Positions 1 through 10,051 of a stretch of 64,000 nt of DNA are shown piece after piece. Origin of the DNA: a plasmid; sequence record NZ_CP049149.1. One strand, given 5' to 3'. A model generated the notes under the pieces. The model saw only the letters and a program-made list of their open reading frames with translations. It searched no databases and was not told the origin of the DNA. Every line of letters starts with the position of its first letter. Position 1 is the stretch's first letter. The position numbers and the translations under genes were made by a program.

Positions 1-441
1 TAAAAAGCTGTAGCTCCGAATCGTTCCGTCAGGGTCTCTTTCCGTATAGGACTCCAGTTTTTTCGGATCAGCGTTCCTGCGGCGCGCTTCTTTCAGTCTG
101 TATTGTGCCTTGTACATCTCCTTGTAGGCTTGTTCTGTGCGCTTCATCTTGATCTCATATGCCTCTTTACTGCCGAGATAAGCGGCCATTTCGAGGTCAC
201 AGTTGAAGCTAATTTTTGGATCTGGTGAGGCATATTTGCCCAGCACTTCCTTTAAGTCATTGTCGTTAGAGACAAAGTAGGCATGGCTTCCACACAATTT
301 GTCGGCTCTGTCCTGGGCAATGGCGACGCTTGAAGTGGAATAAATATCGACATTGCCACCAATGTACTTCTGATCTTTCGGTGGTGTGGACGCGCACCCA
401 GCCAACCCGATTGCCAGTGTCGCCAAAATCACGCGTTTCAT
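1..441 (-). CDS. lipoprotein, partial (C-terminal part lies beyond window start)
   Basis: ATG at 441-439 on minus strand preceded by AAGGAGA SD; N-terminus MKRVILATLAIGLAGC is a signal peptide with lipobox; frame open to position 1 (no stop in window, so absent from ORF track). Confidence 0.5.
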   Translation of the reverse strand, partial: MKRVILATLAIGLAGCASTPPKDQKYIGGNVDIYSTSSVAIAQDRADKLCGSHAYFVSNDNDLKEVLGKYASPDPKISFNCDLEMAAYLGSKEAYEIKMKRTEQAYKEMYKAQYRLKEARRRNADPKKLESYTERDPDGTIRSYSFL

Positions 442-666
442 TGTTCTTCTCCTTGTTTCCATCAGCTTTGCTGAATGGCTGCGATTATAGAGTGCGCTTT
501 AACGGATATGAATGTTTGATACCATGTAAAAATAGGTATGTAATTACTTATATCTTTTGCGATAATCATGCGCCTATACATTTCCTTATGTGCCGTGCTG
601 ACCAGATTGTTCGCCTCTCAAGCACGCTTAGAATTTGTATCAAAACAACCACAAAGGAAAAGACAC

Positions 667-1752
667 ATGACTGTTCCATACGGGGTGATTTCAGATCCCC
701 ATTATCATCGTTGGGATGCTTTTGCGACAACTAACTCTGACGGTCTGAACTCCAGACTGGAGATTCAACTCGACGCAACCAAAGAAGCGGCGAGAGCCAT
801 GAAAGCGGCAGGATGCCAGTACATGCTGGTGGCTGGCGACACGTTCCATGTACGAGGCGCAGTATCACCTTCCGTTCTGCACTTTGTCACAGAAACCTAC
901 GAGTGGATCATCAAAGAGCTTGGCCTTGAAGTGGCTATGCTGGCCGGGAACCACGACCTCGAAACTAACGACTCTGTCTACAGCGCCAACGCTGCGGCGT
1001 CGTTGCGCTCGATTGGCGTGGAGATCGTCTGCGGCAAGCGTGCCCACTCCATCAAAATGGGTGACGTTACCGTTCATATGATGAGCTGGCGCAACAACCA
1101 CGCGGAGCTTATCAGCGACCTCAAGACACTGCGTTCCGGGCTGTCTGGCGACAAGCATGACGTTGTAGTGCATACCTCGATCAACAAAGCAATCCCAACG
1201 ATGCCAGATGTGGGCATCGATGCGCAGGAGCTGAAAGACATTGGCTTCCGCCTGCTCTTGTCTGGCCATTACCACAATCACAAAGAAGTGCTGCCGGGTG
1301 TGGTGAGCATCGGCGCTCTGACACATCAGAATTGGGGCGATGTGGGGTCGCTGGCCGGTTTCATGATCGTGAACCCAGACGGCACTTTCACCCACCACGA
1401 AACCTCGGCGCCCAAGTTCGTGAACCTGGAAGACGACGTCGACGATTCGCTGATCCGCGGCAACTACGTGCGCTTCCGCGCCGTCGTCGAAAGTGATGAA
1501 GAAGGCATCAAAATCCAGAACGTCCTTAAAACGATGGGAGCCAAAGGCGTCGTATGCAACTTCATCCGCAAGGCCTCAATGATGGAAGGCACTGCCAGCA
1601 CCGCAGAGACCAGCAAGATTGACAGCCTGGGCGAGTCCGTTGCGGCCTACTGCAAGATCGTCCACGACACAGACGGCGGCTTCGACCTGAGCAAACTGGA
1701 CATGTTGTGTCAGGAAATCCTGACCGAAGCAGAGAGTGCGGAGGCAGTGTGA
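667..1752 (+). CDS. sbcD: SbcD/Mre11-family nuclease subunit (calcineurin-like phosphoesterase)
   Basis: phosphoesterase motifs ISDPHYH, VAGDTFH, GNHD, GHYH; ATG 667 with AGGAAAAG SD; followed by Rad50/SbcC-like ATPase. Confidence 0.7.
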   Translation: MTVPYGVISDPHYHRWDAFATTNSDGLNSRLEIQLDATKEAARAMKAAGCQYMLVAGDTFHVRGAVSPSVLHFVTETYEWIIKELGLEVAMLAGNHDLETNDSVYSANAAASLRSIGVEIVCGKRAHSIKMGDVTVHMMSWRNNHAELISDLKTLRSGLSGDKHDVVVHTSINKAIPTMPDVGIDAQELKDIGFRLLLSGHYHNHKEVLPGVVSIGALTHQNWGDVGSLAGFMIVNPDGTFTHHETSAPKFVNLEDDVDDSLIRGNYVRFRAVVESDEEGIKIQNVLKTMGAKGVVCNFIRKASMMEGTASTAETSKIDSLGESVAAYCKIVHDTDGGFDLSKLDMLCQEILTEAESAEAV

Positions 1753-1985
1753 TGACGACCGGTTCTGCGGGCTTTTACGACTATGCGAGCGCAATGGAGA
1801 GGCTTGCTCGTGGGCAGACCGTGATGGTTCACAAGCCCTACCCGTCTGGTGGGAATCCCCTGGCGTTTTATCTGGGAAGACTGACAGAACAAGGTGTGTT
1901 GAAGCGCCAGTCTTTTCCGGCTCACACAGAGTTCAGATTACAAAAAGGTCAAAAACTGACGCGTAAGATCAGAGGCGTTAAATGA
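1752..1985 (+). CDS. small hypothetical protein (77 aa)
   Basis: ATG overlaps sbcD stop (TGATG) and its stop overlaps sbcC start (ATGA): translational coupling between the two nuclease subunits. Confidence 0.4.
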   Translation: MTTGSAGFYDYASAMERLARGQTVMVHKPYPSGGNPLAFYLGRLTEQGVLKRQSFPAHTEFRLQKGQKLTRKIRGVK

Positions 1986-3898
1986 AATTTTTAAAGCTCA
2001 CCGTTGAGAATTTTATGGCGCTGGCCATCGCCGAAGTCGAACTGGATCAGCGCGGGCTGGTGCTCATCCAGGGCGTTAACAGCGGCGACTCTTCCGCAGC
2101 CAGCAATGGCGCGGGCAAATCGACCCTGATGAACAGCTTGATGTGGTGTCTTTATGGCGAAACAGCGCATGGCGTAAAGGGTGACGATGTGCTGTCGACG
2201 GGGCATGAGAAAAACTGTCGAGTCATGGTCACAATCGAAGACGAGGGTAAGCGTTACGCCATCATTCGTCATCGCAAACACAAAGAGTTCAAAAACCGGC
2301 TGATCGTGCGTGGCGAAGACGGCGACATGACCAAAGGCAAGGATACGCTGACGCAGGAGTTTGTAGAGCGTCTGATTGGCGCGTCAAAAGAGGTCTTCAT
2401 GGCTTCCATATACGCCAGTCAGGAAGCCATGCCAGATCTGCCAGGCATGTCCGATAAAAACCTCAAAACCATCGTGGAGGAAGCTGCTGGTGTCGACCGC
2501 CTGACTCGGGCCTATGCCATCGCTCGCGAACGTGCCAACGCGGCCGCAGCGCGCATGGACGTCACCAAATCCAAAATGGATGCCTGTCTCACACTTATTG
2601 AGACGGCGCAGGCGGAAATTGAATCTGCCAAAACCTCATCTGAAAGCTGGGAGCGTGAGCGTGGCGAACGTCTGGATAAGGCTCGCGTCGACTTGGCCGG
2701 TGCGGAAGTCACGCTGGCCGAGGTCGTGATGGAAATGCGCACGCTGCCAGAGCAAATTCGCGATACAGAAAACGCTATCGCCACCGAACGAGAGAAGCTG
2801 GCCTCTAAAGAAGAGCATGATGCGAAGCTACTGAAGGTGCGTGGCGCTGTCACTGAGATCCGCGCCAATATCCGCACAGCAGAGGCCGCACAAAATGACG
2901 CCATGAGTCGTGCTCGTGCATTCAAAACCAAAGCGGAGGAGGTTAACACCAAAGTTGGAGCGCCCTGCTCTACGTGTGGCAAACCTTACTGCGAAGAAGA
3001 TTTATCAACCGTGAAGGAGGGGTTAATTGAACAGGCTCGCAATGAGATCAGCCAGGCGCAGGCATTTGCAACGGCAGTGGCTCAACACAAAACGCGTCTT
3101 GAAAAGGCGCTCGGAATCGAATCCGCTCTTGTCGCAGCAACCCCCGACGTGTCTGCCATCATTGCCAAAATCGAACGACTGACAAATGAGCTGAGTGCAT
3201 TACGCCATCGCGAACGCGAACTGTCGGCTGTTGAAGCGCTGGTCGCGAGAGCGCGCAATGAGGTCAATCGCATTATCGCTGAAGCCAACCCATTCATTGC
3301 GGTCATTAAACGCCATGAAGAGAACCTGGCTGCCAATAAATCTAATTATGCAGTACTTAAAACTGAGTTAAATAATATTCAGGAGCAGGCTTTGCTGTTA
3401 GAGAAAGCTCGCCAGGTTTACTCACCAGCTGGCGTTCGCTCTCACATCCTGACCTCCGTCACGCCTTTCCTGAACGTCAGGACAGCGGAATACCTCAACA
3501 CGCTTTCAGACGGCAATATCGTGGCTGAATGGTCAACGATGGAGACAACCAAGAAAGGTGAATATCGCGACAAGTTCAATATCAGCGTGACGAAAACAGG
3601 TTCCAGCAAATCCTTCCAGACACTATCAGGTGGCGAAAAACGTAAGGTGCGCATTGCGTGCTCGCTGGCTCTGCAAGATCTGGTTGCCAGTCGCGCGAGC
3701 AAGAGCATAGAGCTGTTTATCGGCGACGAGATCGACGACGCGCTCGATACAGCGGGGCTGGAGCGTCTCATGGGGATTCTGGAGTCCAAAGCGCGCGAGC
3801 GCGGCACAGTCATGATTATCTCGCACAAAGAGATGAAGTCCTGGTTCCGGGAAACCATTACTGTCGAAGTGAAAGAGGGGCGCAGCTATGTCGTTTAA
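1982..3898 (+). CDS. sbcC: SbcC/Rad50-like SMC ATPase
   Basis: N-terminal Walker A NGAGKSTLMNSL, long central coiled coil with CxxC hook-like (CSTCGKPYC), C-terminal signature LSGGEKRKV and Walker B LFIGDEID. Confidence 0.75.
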   Translation: MKFLKLTVENFMALAIAEVELDQRGLVLIQGVNSGDSSAASNGAGKSTLMNSLMWCLYGETAHGVKGDDVLSTGHEKNCRVMVTIEDEGKRYAIIRHRKHKEFKNRLIVRGEDGDMTKGKDTLTQEFVERLIGASKEVFMASIYASQEAMPDLPGMSDKNLKTIVEEAAGVDRLTRAYAIARERANAAAARMDVTKSKMDACLTLIETAQAEIESAKTSSESWERERGERLDKARVDLAGAEVTLAEVVMEMRTLPEQIRDTENAIATEREKLASKEEHDAKLLKVRGAVTEIRANIRTAEAAQNDAMSRARAFKTKAEEVNTKVGAPCSTCGKPYCEEDLSTVKEGLIEQARNEISQAQAFATAVAQHKTRLEKALGIESALVAATPDVSAIIAKIERLTNELSALRHRERELSAVEALVARARNEVNRIIAEANPFIAVIKRHEENLAANKSNYAVLKTELNNIQEQALLLEKARQVYSPAGVRSHILTSVTPFLNVRTAEYLNTLSDGNIVAEWSTMETTKKGEYRDKFNISVTKTGSSKSFQTLSGGEKRKVRIACSLALQDLVASRASKSIELFIGDEIDDALDTAGLERLMGILESKARERGTVMIISHKEMKSWFRETITVEVKEGRSYVV

Positions 3899-4634
3899 TC
3901 TGAGCCGCTCGCAGTTCCTGCAAATGTTCGCTGTGATGCAGTCGATTAAGCTGATAAACAGCCACACCGCGATAAACAGGCCGCTGGGGCTTTGCTGGCA
4001 AAACAGCAATATCAGTGAAGAGCAGTTCTCGGCACTGGTAGATCTGCTGTCGAGAACGCCGGTGATGCCAAATCTTGATGAGCTGCCGTCAGGAAGCACA
4101 GCCCCAATCCTCATCAACCCATTCGCGGAAGGTGGATACCTTCCGCACACAGGGCCAGGTTTTGTGGTTATCCCTGAAACTGATGGTCTGAACATCACAG
4201 AGAATGCGCTCTTCGGGGCGATAGCGGCGCACATTAGCACTGCCTTCGCCAACATGACACGTTACGTCAATATGCGCGCAACGCACATCACCATGCCTGG
4301 TGAGGCGTTTTCCAGCTTCGACATTGAGCTGGACACCTCTCACCCTGTAGTGGGGAGCGCCAGGCTATGTTTTGGCTGTGAGGATGGCAGTGTCGCAGCG
4401 GTGGAAGTTGTGCTGCCCTATGTGTTTCAAGCGAACAAAGAGGATGCGCGCCAGCTCATCGATATCATGCGCCATTTTATCGGGCAGAGCATGATCGACT
4501 CTGATATTGCTGCCGGTGTGCTGACCAGTGACAGCGTTAGTGTGATGGGTGGTGTTTATGAGCCTGTTCGTCGTGAACCGGTAAAGACTCTTGAGCAGAA
4601 GTTAATGGAATGCCCTATGTGGGCAACATGGTAA
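3888..4634 (+). CDS. hypothetical protein (248 aa)
   Basis: ORF overlapping sbcC stop, co-directional in operon; no recognisable motif. Confidence 0.45.
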   Translation: MSFNLSRSQFLQMFAVMQSIKLINSHTAINRPLGLCWQNSNISEEQFSALVDLLSRTPVMPNLDELPSGSTAPILINPFAEGGYLPHTGPGFVVIPETDGLNITENALFGAIAAHISTAFANMTRYVNMRATHITMPGEAFSSFDIELDTSHPVVGSARLCFGCEDGSVAAVEVVLPYVFQANKEDARQLIDIMRHFIGQSMIDSDIAAGVLTSDSVSVMGGVYEPVRREPVKTLEQKLMECPMWATW

Positions 4635-4643
4635 GGAGACTAA

Positions 4644-5213
4644 ATGAGTAAAGTGATTCGCGTGGTCGGTGTCGACCCGTCAATGAGCAACTTCGGCCTG
4701 GCGGTTGGCACGCTGGATCTGGAAACAGACAAGCTCAACATTCACGGCCTGACGCTGGTAGAAACCAAAGCTGGCGGCAACAAAAAGACCGTTCGCGTTA
4801 ACAGTGACGATCTGCGCCGCGCCAATGAAATCTGGCGCACAGCCAAGCCCATCATTGAGCAGGCGCATATGGTGTTCTGTGAGCTGCCGGTTGGCAGTCA
4901 ATCCTCGCGCGCCCAGACCTCATACGGTGTCTGTATTGGCGTGCTGGCGTGCGTGGATAAGCCGCTGATTCAGGTTACGCCAAACGAGATCAAGCACTAC
5001 GTGGGCAACAAGCTGACCACGTCTAAAGAGGAAATCATTCAGTGGGCGGTTCAGCAGCAGCCAGACGCCCCGTGGCTCCGCAGAAAGCAATCTGGCAGGG
5101 ATGTCATGGTCGCCAAAAACGAACATCTTGCGGATGCCGTCGCTGCGATCTACACCGGTATGCAGACCGATCAGTTTCGTCAGGTTCGTGATGTTCTCTC
5201 CGGCATTTTATAA
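4644..5213 (+). CDS. RuvC-like Holliday junction resolvase
   Basis: VVGVDPS..G N-terminal Asp motif, FCELP, C-terminal HLADAVAAIYTG resembling RuvC catalytic residues; SD AAGGAGA before ATG. Confidence 0.6.
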   Translation: MSKVIRVVGVDPSMSNFGLAVGTLDLETDKLNIHGLTLVETKAGGNKKTVRVNSDDLRRANEIWRTAKPIIEQAHMVFCELPVGSQSSRAQTSYGVCIGVLACVDKPLIQVTPNEIKHYVGNKLTTSKEEIIQWAVQQQPDAPWLRRKQSGRDVMVAKNEHLADAVAAIYTGMQTDQFRQVRDVLSGIL

Positions 5214-5252
5214 GTCCGATATTGATAGATAAGTGCTTATCTAATAACATTA

Positions 5253-5281
5253 AGCCACTACATATAGTGGCTTTTTTTTTT
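5253..5281 (+). terminator. rho-independent terminator
   Basis: hairpin AGCCACTACATATAGTGGCT followed by T10 run, between resolvase gene and nrdA. Confidence 0.65.
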
Positions 5282-5290
5282 GGAGGACAC

Positions 5291-7639
5291 ATGATAACCA
5301 TCGTTAAACGTAACGGTTCAACTGAGCCGCTGTCAGAGGAAAAATATAATCGCGTTGTGATGTGGGGCGTAGAGAACATTCGCAACGTTAGCGCGTCTGC
5401 CATCGCTATGGGCGCAGCCGCAAGCATTTTTGATGGTATGACCACCAGCCAGCTGCATGAGGCTCTGGTGAAGTCAGCTGCCGATTTAATCTCTAAAGAG
5501 ACTCCGAACTATTCCCAGGTTGCGGCGCGTCTGAGCCTGTTCAAGATCCGCAAAGATGCGTTCGGCCAGTACGCTTACCCACACTTCTATCACCACATTG
5601 TGAGCAACGTTAGCCGCAGTGTTTATGATGAAGAGCTGCTGAAATCCTACACTCGTGAGGAAATCGACGAGCTGGGTGCCTACATCAAGCCTATGCGCGA
5701 CGAGTTTTTCAGCTATGCCGCCACCGTTCAGCTGGCCAGCAAGTACCTTGTTCAGAACCGCGTTACTGGTCAGGTTTATGAGGCGCCGCAGCAGCTCTAT
5801 ATGCTGGTGGCCATGTGCCTGTTCCAGAATTGGGAAGATGGCTGTGCGGGCAAATCTCGACTGGAGATGGTCAAAGGCTTCTATGACGTCACCAGTACCT
5901 TCAAACTCTCTCTGCCAACACCCATCATGGCCGGTGCTCGTACTCCGACTCGCCAGTTCTCCAGCTGTGTGCTGATTGAGGCAGAAGACAGCCTGAAAGG
6001 GGTTAGCGCTGCATCTGCTGCGATTATTGACTATGTATCGCGCCGTGCAGGTATTGGCATCGGCTTTGGTCGTCTGCGTGCGCTGGGCAGTGAGATCCGC
6101 AATGGCGAAGCTATCCACACTGGCGTTATCCCGTTCCTGAAACATTTCCAGACCGCAGTGAAGTCTTGCTCCCAGGGCGGCGTTCGTGGCGGCGCGGCGA
6201 CAGCGTACTACCCAATCTGGCACCTCGAAGTTGAGAGCCTTTTGGTAGTGAAAAACAACCGGGGTGTTGAGGAAAACCGCGTCCGTCACCTGGACTATGG
6301 CGTGATGATAAACCGTCTGATGTATCGCCGTCTGGTACGCAACGAAAACATCACTCTTTTCAGCCCACATGATGTACCGGACCTGTACGATGCGTTTTTT
6401 GCCGATCAGGACAAATTTGAAGAGCTGTATGCACAGTACGAAGCAGATGAGAGCATTCGTAAGAAGTCGATTCCGGCTGTGGAACTGTTCTCTACGCTGT
6501 TGCAGGAACGTGCTTCTACTGGCCGCGTGTATATCGCCAACGTTGACCATATGAACGAGCACGGGTCTTTCGATCCGGAAGTTGCGCCGGTTCGCCAGTC
6601 CAACCTCTGCGCGGAGATCACGCTGCCAACCAAACCGCTGGCTTACACTGACGATCCGAATGGTGAAATCGCGCTTTGCACCCTGTCTGCCTTTAACCTC
6701 GGGGCAATCGACTCTCTGGACAGCCTGAAAGATGTCGCGTTCTATGCGGTTGCGGCTCTGGATTCACTGCTGGACTATCAGGACTACCCGCTGGCTGCTG
6801 CCGAAGTTCCGGCAAAAGCACGTCGTAGCCTCGGCATCGGCGTAACCAACTTCGCCTACTATCTGGCCAAGAACGGCTTCAACTACTCCGACGCCGCTGG
6901 CAACCAGCTGGTGCATGAGACGTTTGAAGCGATCCAGTATTACCTCCTCGATGCAAGCTGCCGCCTGGCTGAAGCCAAAGGCGCGTGTGAGTGGTTCTCC
7001 CACACCAAGTATGCGAAGGGGCTGCTGCCTGTAGACCATTACCGCAAGACGCTGGACGCCAATCCAGAAACGTCCTTCGAACTGAAAATGCCGTGGGAAG
7101 AGCTGCGTGGCCGCATTCTCAAGCATGGTCTGCGTAACTCGACGCTGTCTGCCCAGATGCCTTGCGAGACTTCCAGCCAGATCACCAACTCCACCAATGG
7201 CATCGAGCCGCCGCGCGGTCCGGTTTCCGTCAAGTCTTCAAAAGACGGCATTGTGAAGATGGTTGTTCCGGATTTCGAGCAGCTGAAAGACCAGTACGAG
7301 TACCTCTGGGATATGCCGGACAACCACGGCTATCTGACGAAGGTGGCAATCATCCAGAAGTTCTTCGATCAGTCTATCTCGGCCAACACCAACTATGACC
7401 CGACTCGCTTCCCTGGCGACAAGGTTCCAATGATGAAGCTGCTTGAAGACTTGCTCTACGCGTACCAGCAGGGCGTCAAGTCCCTCTACTACCACAATAC
7501 GCGTGATGGCGCTGGCAAGCGCGACGATGAAGAGTCTGCCTCTCCGGAGCCGACTGTGGTGGTCAAGCCCGAACCAGTGGCTGAACCAGAACCCGTTGTT
7601 GAGCGAGAAGAAGAATACGACTGCGGTTGCAAGATCTGA
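5291..7639 (+). CDS. nrdA: ribonucleoside-diphosphate reductase alpha subunit (class Ia)
   Basis: colinear with enterobacterial NrdA: ATP-cone N-terminus, TPTRQFSSCVLIE, CSQGGVRGGAAT, PVRQSNLCAEI, SETSSQITNSTNGIEPPRG, C-terminal CGCKI; ATG 5291 after GGAGGACAC SD. Confidence 0.95.
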   Translation: MITIVKRNGSTEPLSEEKYNRVVMWGVENIRNVSASAIAMGAAASIFDGMTTSQLHEALVKSAADLISKETPNYSQVAARLSLFKIRKDAFGQYAYPHFYHHIVSNVSRSVYDEELLKSYTREEIDELGAYIKPMRDEFFSYAATVQLASKYLVQNRVTGQVYEAPQQLYMLVAMCLFQNWEDGCAGKSRLEMVKGFYDVTSTFKLSLPTPIMAGARTPTRQFSSCVLIEAEDSLKGVSAASAAIIDYVSRRAGIGIGFGRLRALGSEIRNGEAIHTGVIPFLKHFQTAVKSCSQGGVRGGAATAYYPIWHLEVESLLVVKNNRGVEENRVRHLDYGVMINRLMYRRLVRNENITLFSPHDVPDLYDAFFADQDKFEELYAQYEADESIRKKSIPAVELFSTLLQERASTGRVYIANVDHMNEHGSFDPEVAPVRQSNLCAEITLPTKPLAYTDDPNGEIALCTLSAFNLGAIDSLDSLKDVAFYAVAALDSLLDYQDYPLAAAEVPAKARRSLGIGVTNFAYYLAKNGFNYSDAAGNQLVHETFEAIQYYLLDASCRLAEAKGACEWFSHTKYAKGLLPVDHYRKTLDANPETSFELKMPWEELRGRILKHGLRNSTLSAQMPCETSSQITNSTNGIEPPRGPVSVKSSKDGIVKMVVPDFEQLKDQYEYLWDMPDNHGYLTKVAIIQKFFDQSISANTNYDPTRFPGDKVPMMKLLEDLLYAYQQGVKSLYYHNTRDGAGKRDDEESASPEPTVVVKPEPVAEPEPVVEREEEYDCGCKI

Positions 7640-7644
7640 TAAGC

Positions 7645-7667
7645 GTGGGGAGAAATCCCCACTTTTT
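7645..7667 (+). terminator. rho-independent terminator
   Basis: GTGGGGAGAAATCCCCAC hairpin + TTTTT after nrdA stop. Confidence 0.6.
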
Positions 7668-7770
7668 CATTTTGTTGCACGCCTTATTTTCACCAATAAG
7701 ATAACAACTTGTTTTGATAGTCATTAAAACAAATTGTTAAAACCATTCGATAACATTCAAAGGGAAACAC

Positions 7771-8913
7771 ATGAGCTATTCCACTTTCCGTTTGGGCGCT
7801 AACGACGCAACAAAAGAGCCAATGTTCCTCGGGCAGTCCGTGAACGTGGCGCGCTACGATCAGCAGAAATACCGTGACTTCGAAAAGCTGATTGAAAAAC
7901 AGCTCTCTTTCTTCTGGCGTCCTGAAGAGGTCGATATCACCACTGACCGCATCGACTTCAACAATAAGCTGCAAGAGCACGAGCGTCATATTTTTCTGAG
8001 CAACCTGCGTTACCAAACGCTTCTGGACTCCGTTCAGGGTCGCAGCCCAAACGCGACTCTGCTGCCGCTGATCTCCATTCCTGAGCTGGAAACGTGGGTT
8101 GAGACCTGGTCGTTCTCTGAAACTATTCACAGCCGTAGCTATACGCACATCATCCGCGGCATGGTGGACGATCCGAGCACCGTCTTCGATGGCATAGTGG
8201 CTGATGAAGAGATTATCAGCCGGGCTATCAGCATCTCTTCCGAGTATGACAAGCTCTATGACATGACCTGCGCGCGCCAGCATCTCGGCGAGGATGAGTT
8301 CGAGCGCCTGTATGCTGCGGATTTCGACGGAAAGCCCTACCCTCTTCACCGTCAGCTGTTCCGTACACTGGTCTCCATCAATTCGCTTGAGGCGATCCGC
8401 TTCTATGTGAGCTTCGCGTGTACGTTCGCTTTTGGCGAGCGAAAACTGCTGGAAGGTAACACCAAAATCATGCGCTTCATTGCGCGCGATGAGGCACTTC
8501 ACTGTGAAGGTACTGAGCGTATGCTCCGCTTCATGCGCACCGGCCGTGAGGGGCTGCTGTGGAAGCAAATCGCTGCTGAGGAGGAGAATTACATCTATCA
8601 GACCATGATGGATGTGGCAGGACAGGAAATGCGCTGGGCTGACTATCTGTTCAAAGATGGTTCGATGATTGGTCTGAACGCGGAAATCCTCAAGACCTAT
8701 GTAAAATACCGCACCAACCTGGCAATGCGTCGCCTGGGTCTGAACCCACTGTTCCCGGAAATCAAAGACGATCCGCTGGTGTGGATGAACAAATGGCTGT
8801 TCTCCGACACGCTGCAAATTGCCCCGCAGGAAGCAGAGCAAAGCACCTATCTCGTTGGTCAGATTGACTCGACTGTCGACCGCGCAGGTCTGAACCAGTT
8901 CGCTGACCTTTAA
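7771..8913 (+). CDS. nrdB: ribonucleoside-diphosphate reductase beta subunit (class Ia)
   Basis: near-identical blocks to E. coli NrdB ([68 protein letters not shown]) including di-iron ligand motifs. Confidence 0.95.
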   Translation: MSYSTFRLGANDATKEPMFLGQSVNVARYDQQKYRDFEKLIEKQLSFFWRPEEVDITTDRIDFNNKLQEHERHIFLSNLRYQTLLDSVQGRSPNATLLPLISIPELETWVETWSFSETIHSRSYTHIIRGMVDDPSTVFDGIVADEEIISRAISISSEYDKLYDMTCARQHLGEDEFERLYAADFDGKPYPLHRQLFRTLVSINSLEAIRFYVSFACTFAFGERKLLEGNTKIMRFIARDEALHCEGTERMLRFMRTGREGLLWKQIAAEEENYIYQTMMDVAGQEMRWADYLFKDGSMIGLNAEILKTYVKYRTNLAMRRLGLNPLFPEIKDDPLVWMNKWLFSDTLQIAPQEAEQSTYLVGQIDSTVDRAGLNQFADL

Positions 8914-8994
8914 AATCCGCTCTCATCGTTTTGTGGCCTGGCTGAGCTGGGTCACAATCCATGCATCAAATGAAGTTCTAAGGAAAGAAAAGAC

Positions 8995-9870
8995 ATGACA
9001 TTCACGAATCTGACCGATCATCTTAAGCTTGCTGCCGACAAACTGGTCGGCTTCAAACCTGAGCCTTATGAATTGAATCCGGGCTACGCTATGGCGACAG
9101 AAAGCATCTACAAGATGGTTGACCAGTTCCACGAGCTGTTTCAGCACCCGCGTCGTGCCATGCCGGAGCCGTCGTTACTGCGTCTGCGCGCCAAGCTGAT
9201 CCACGAAGAAGCTGTCACTGAAGGCATCCCAGCTGCCAGGAACGGCGACATGACTGCTCTGCTGGATGCGATGGCTGACTTTCTGTATGTGGGCATCGGC
9301 TCAATGGTGGCGATCAAAGGCGGCATTTCTACCGGGATGAGCTATTACACCCAGGAACAAAGCGTAGATCGCTTCTTCGAAACCATCATGGTTCCGGGCA
9401 ACACCGTCTTTGACGATATGGCCATTCCGTTCCGGGAAGCAGAAGAAGCGGTCGACATGCTGAATGCGCTGGCAGACAGACTGGTAAAAACGAAAGTCAG
9501 TGATGCCGAACTCATTCAGGCGCTGCGCCGCGTAATGAACAAAATTTATGTGGCCTGCATGATGACCTACCGCCTTGCAGACTTTCTGGGTATCGATGTC
9601 GTCGAGCTGGTGGCTGAGATCCACCGTTCAAATATGACGAAGCTGTGGCCAGCTGATGCCGAGGAGCGTCGTGTAGCGGTAGAGAACTGCAAGTACGACA
9701 AAAATGATCTGGGCTTCCGTCATGCAGACGGCACCGAGATGATGATCGGCTTCCGTTTGTCCGATGGGAAGATCCTCAAATCCCCCACCTACAGCGATGT
9801 TGACCTGACTCCCTTCGTTGAAAAGGCAAAAACTTCTGCATTGTACGAAGTGGTTAAAAATCATTTGTAA
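8995..9870 (+). CDS. MazG-like all-alpha nucleoside triphosphate pyrophosphohydrolase (putative)
   Basis: EEAVTE ... DMTALLDAMADFLYV resembles the ExxE...ExxD metal-binding motif of MazG/dimeric dUTPase family; position between nrdB and thyA typical for phage dNTP house-cleaning enzymes. Confidence 0.4.
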   Translation: MTFTNLTDHLKLAADKLVGFKPEPYELNPGYAMATESIYKMVDQFHELFQHPRRAMPEPSLLRLRAKLIHEEAVTEGIPAARNGDMTALLDAMADFLYVGIGSMVAIKGGISTGMSYYTQEQSVDRFFETIMVPGNTVFDDMAIPFREAEEAVDMLNALADRLVKTKVSDAELIQALRRVMNKIYVACMMTYRLADFLGIDVVELVAEIHRSNMTKLWPADAEERRVAVENCKYDKNDLGFRHADGTEMMIGFRLSDGKILKSPTYSDVDLTPFVEKAKTSALYEVVKNHL

Positions 9871-9937
9871 GTACAAGCTTATCAAGTTATATTGACTGGG
9901 CGTGTTTTATTGTCCAAGTTCTTAATATCTTTTCCTG

Positions 9938-9965
9938 TGGTGGCCTCTGTGCCACCATTTTTTTT
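9938..9965 (+). terminator. rho-independent terminator
   Basis: TGGTGGC CTCTGT GCCACCA hairpin followed by T8. Confidence 0.65.
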
Positions 9966-10051
9966 GCCCCAATTTCTAGCGTTGAAGGCTTCTGCCGGAT
10001 AAACTTGCATAAGTAGATATGTATGTACTTACCTATTAATGCGAGGTTGAT

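Noticed and set aside
330-734. 134-aa plus-strand ORF at the window start
   Set aside because: It overlaps the better-supported minus-strand lipoprotein gene and the sbcD start, has a C/S-rich odd composition, and has no RBS.
5486-6562. Long antisense ORFs inside nrdA (5486-6562), nrdB (7690-8841), the ParB/ATPase operon (42945-44162), TerL (45410-46114), capsid (49227-50105) and 50528-51457
   Set aside because: They fully overlap well-supported conserved genes on the opposite strand, lack RBS, and have skewed composition typical of antisense frames in GC-rich coding DNA.
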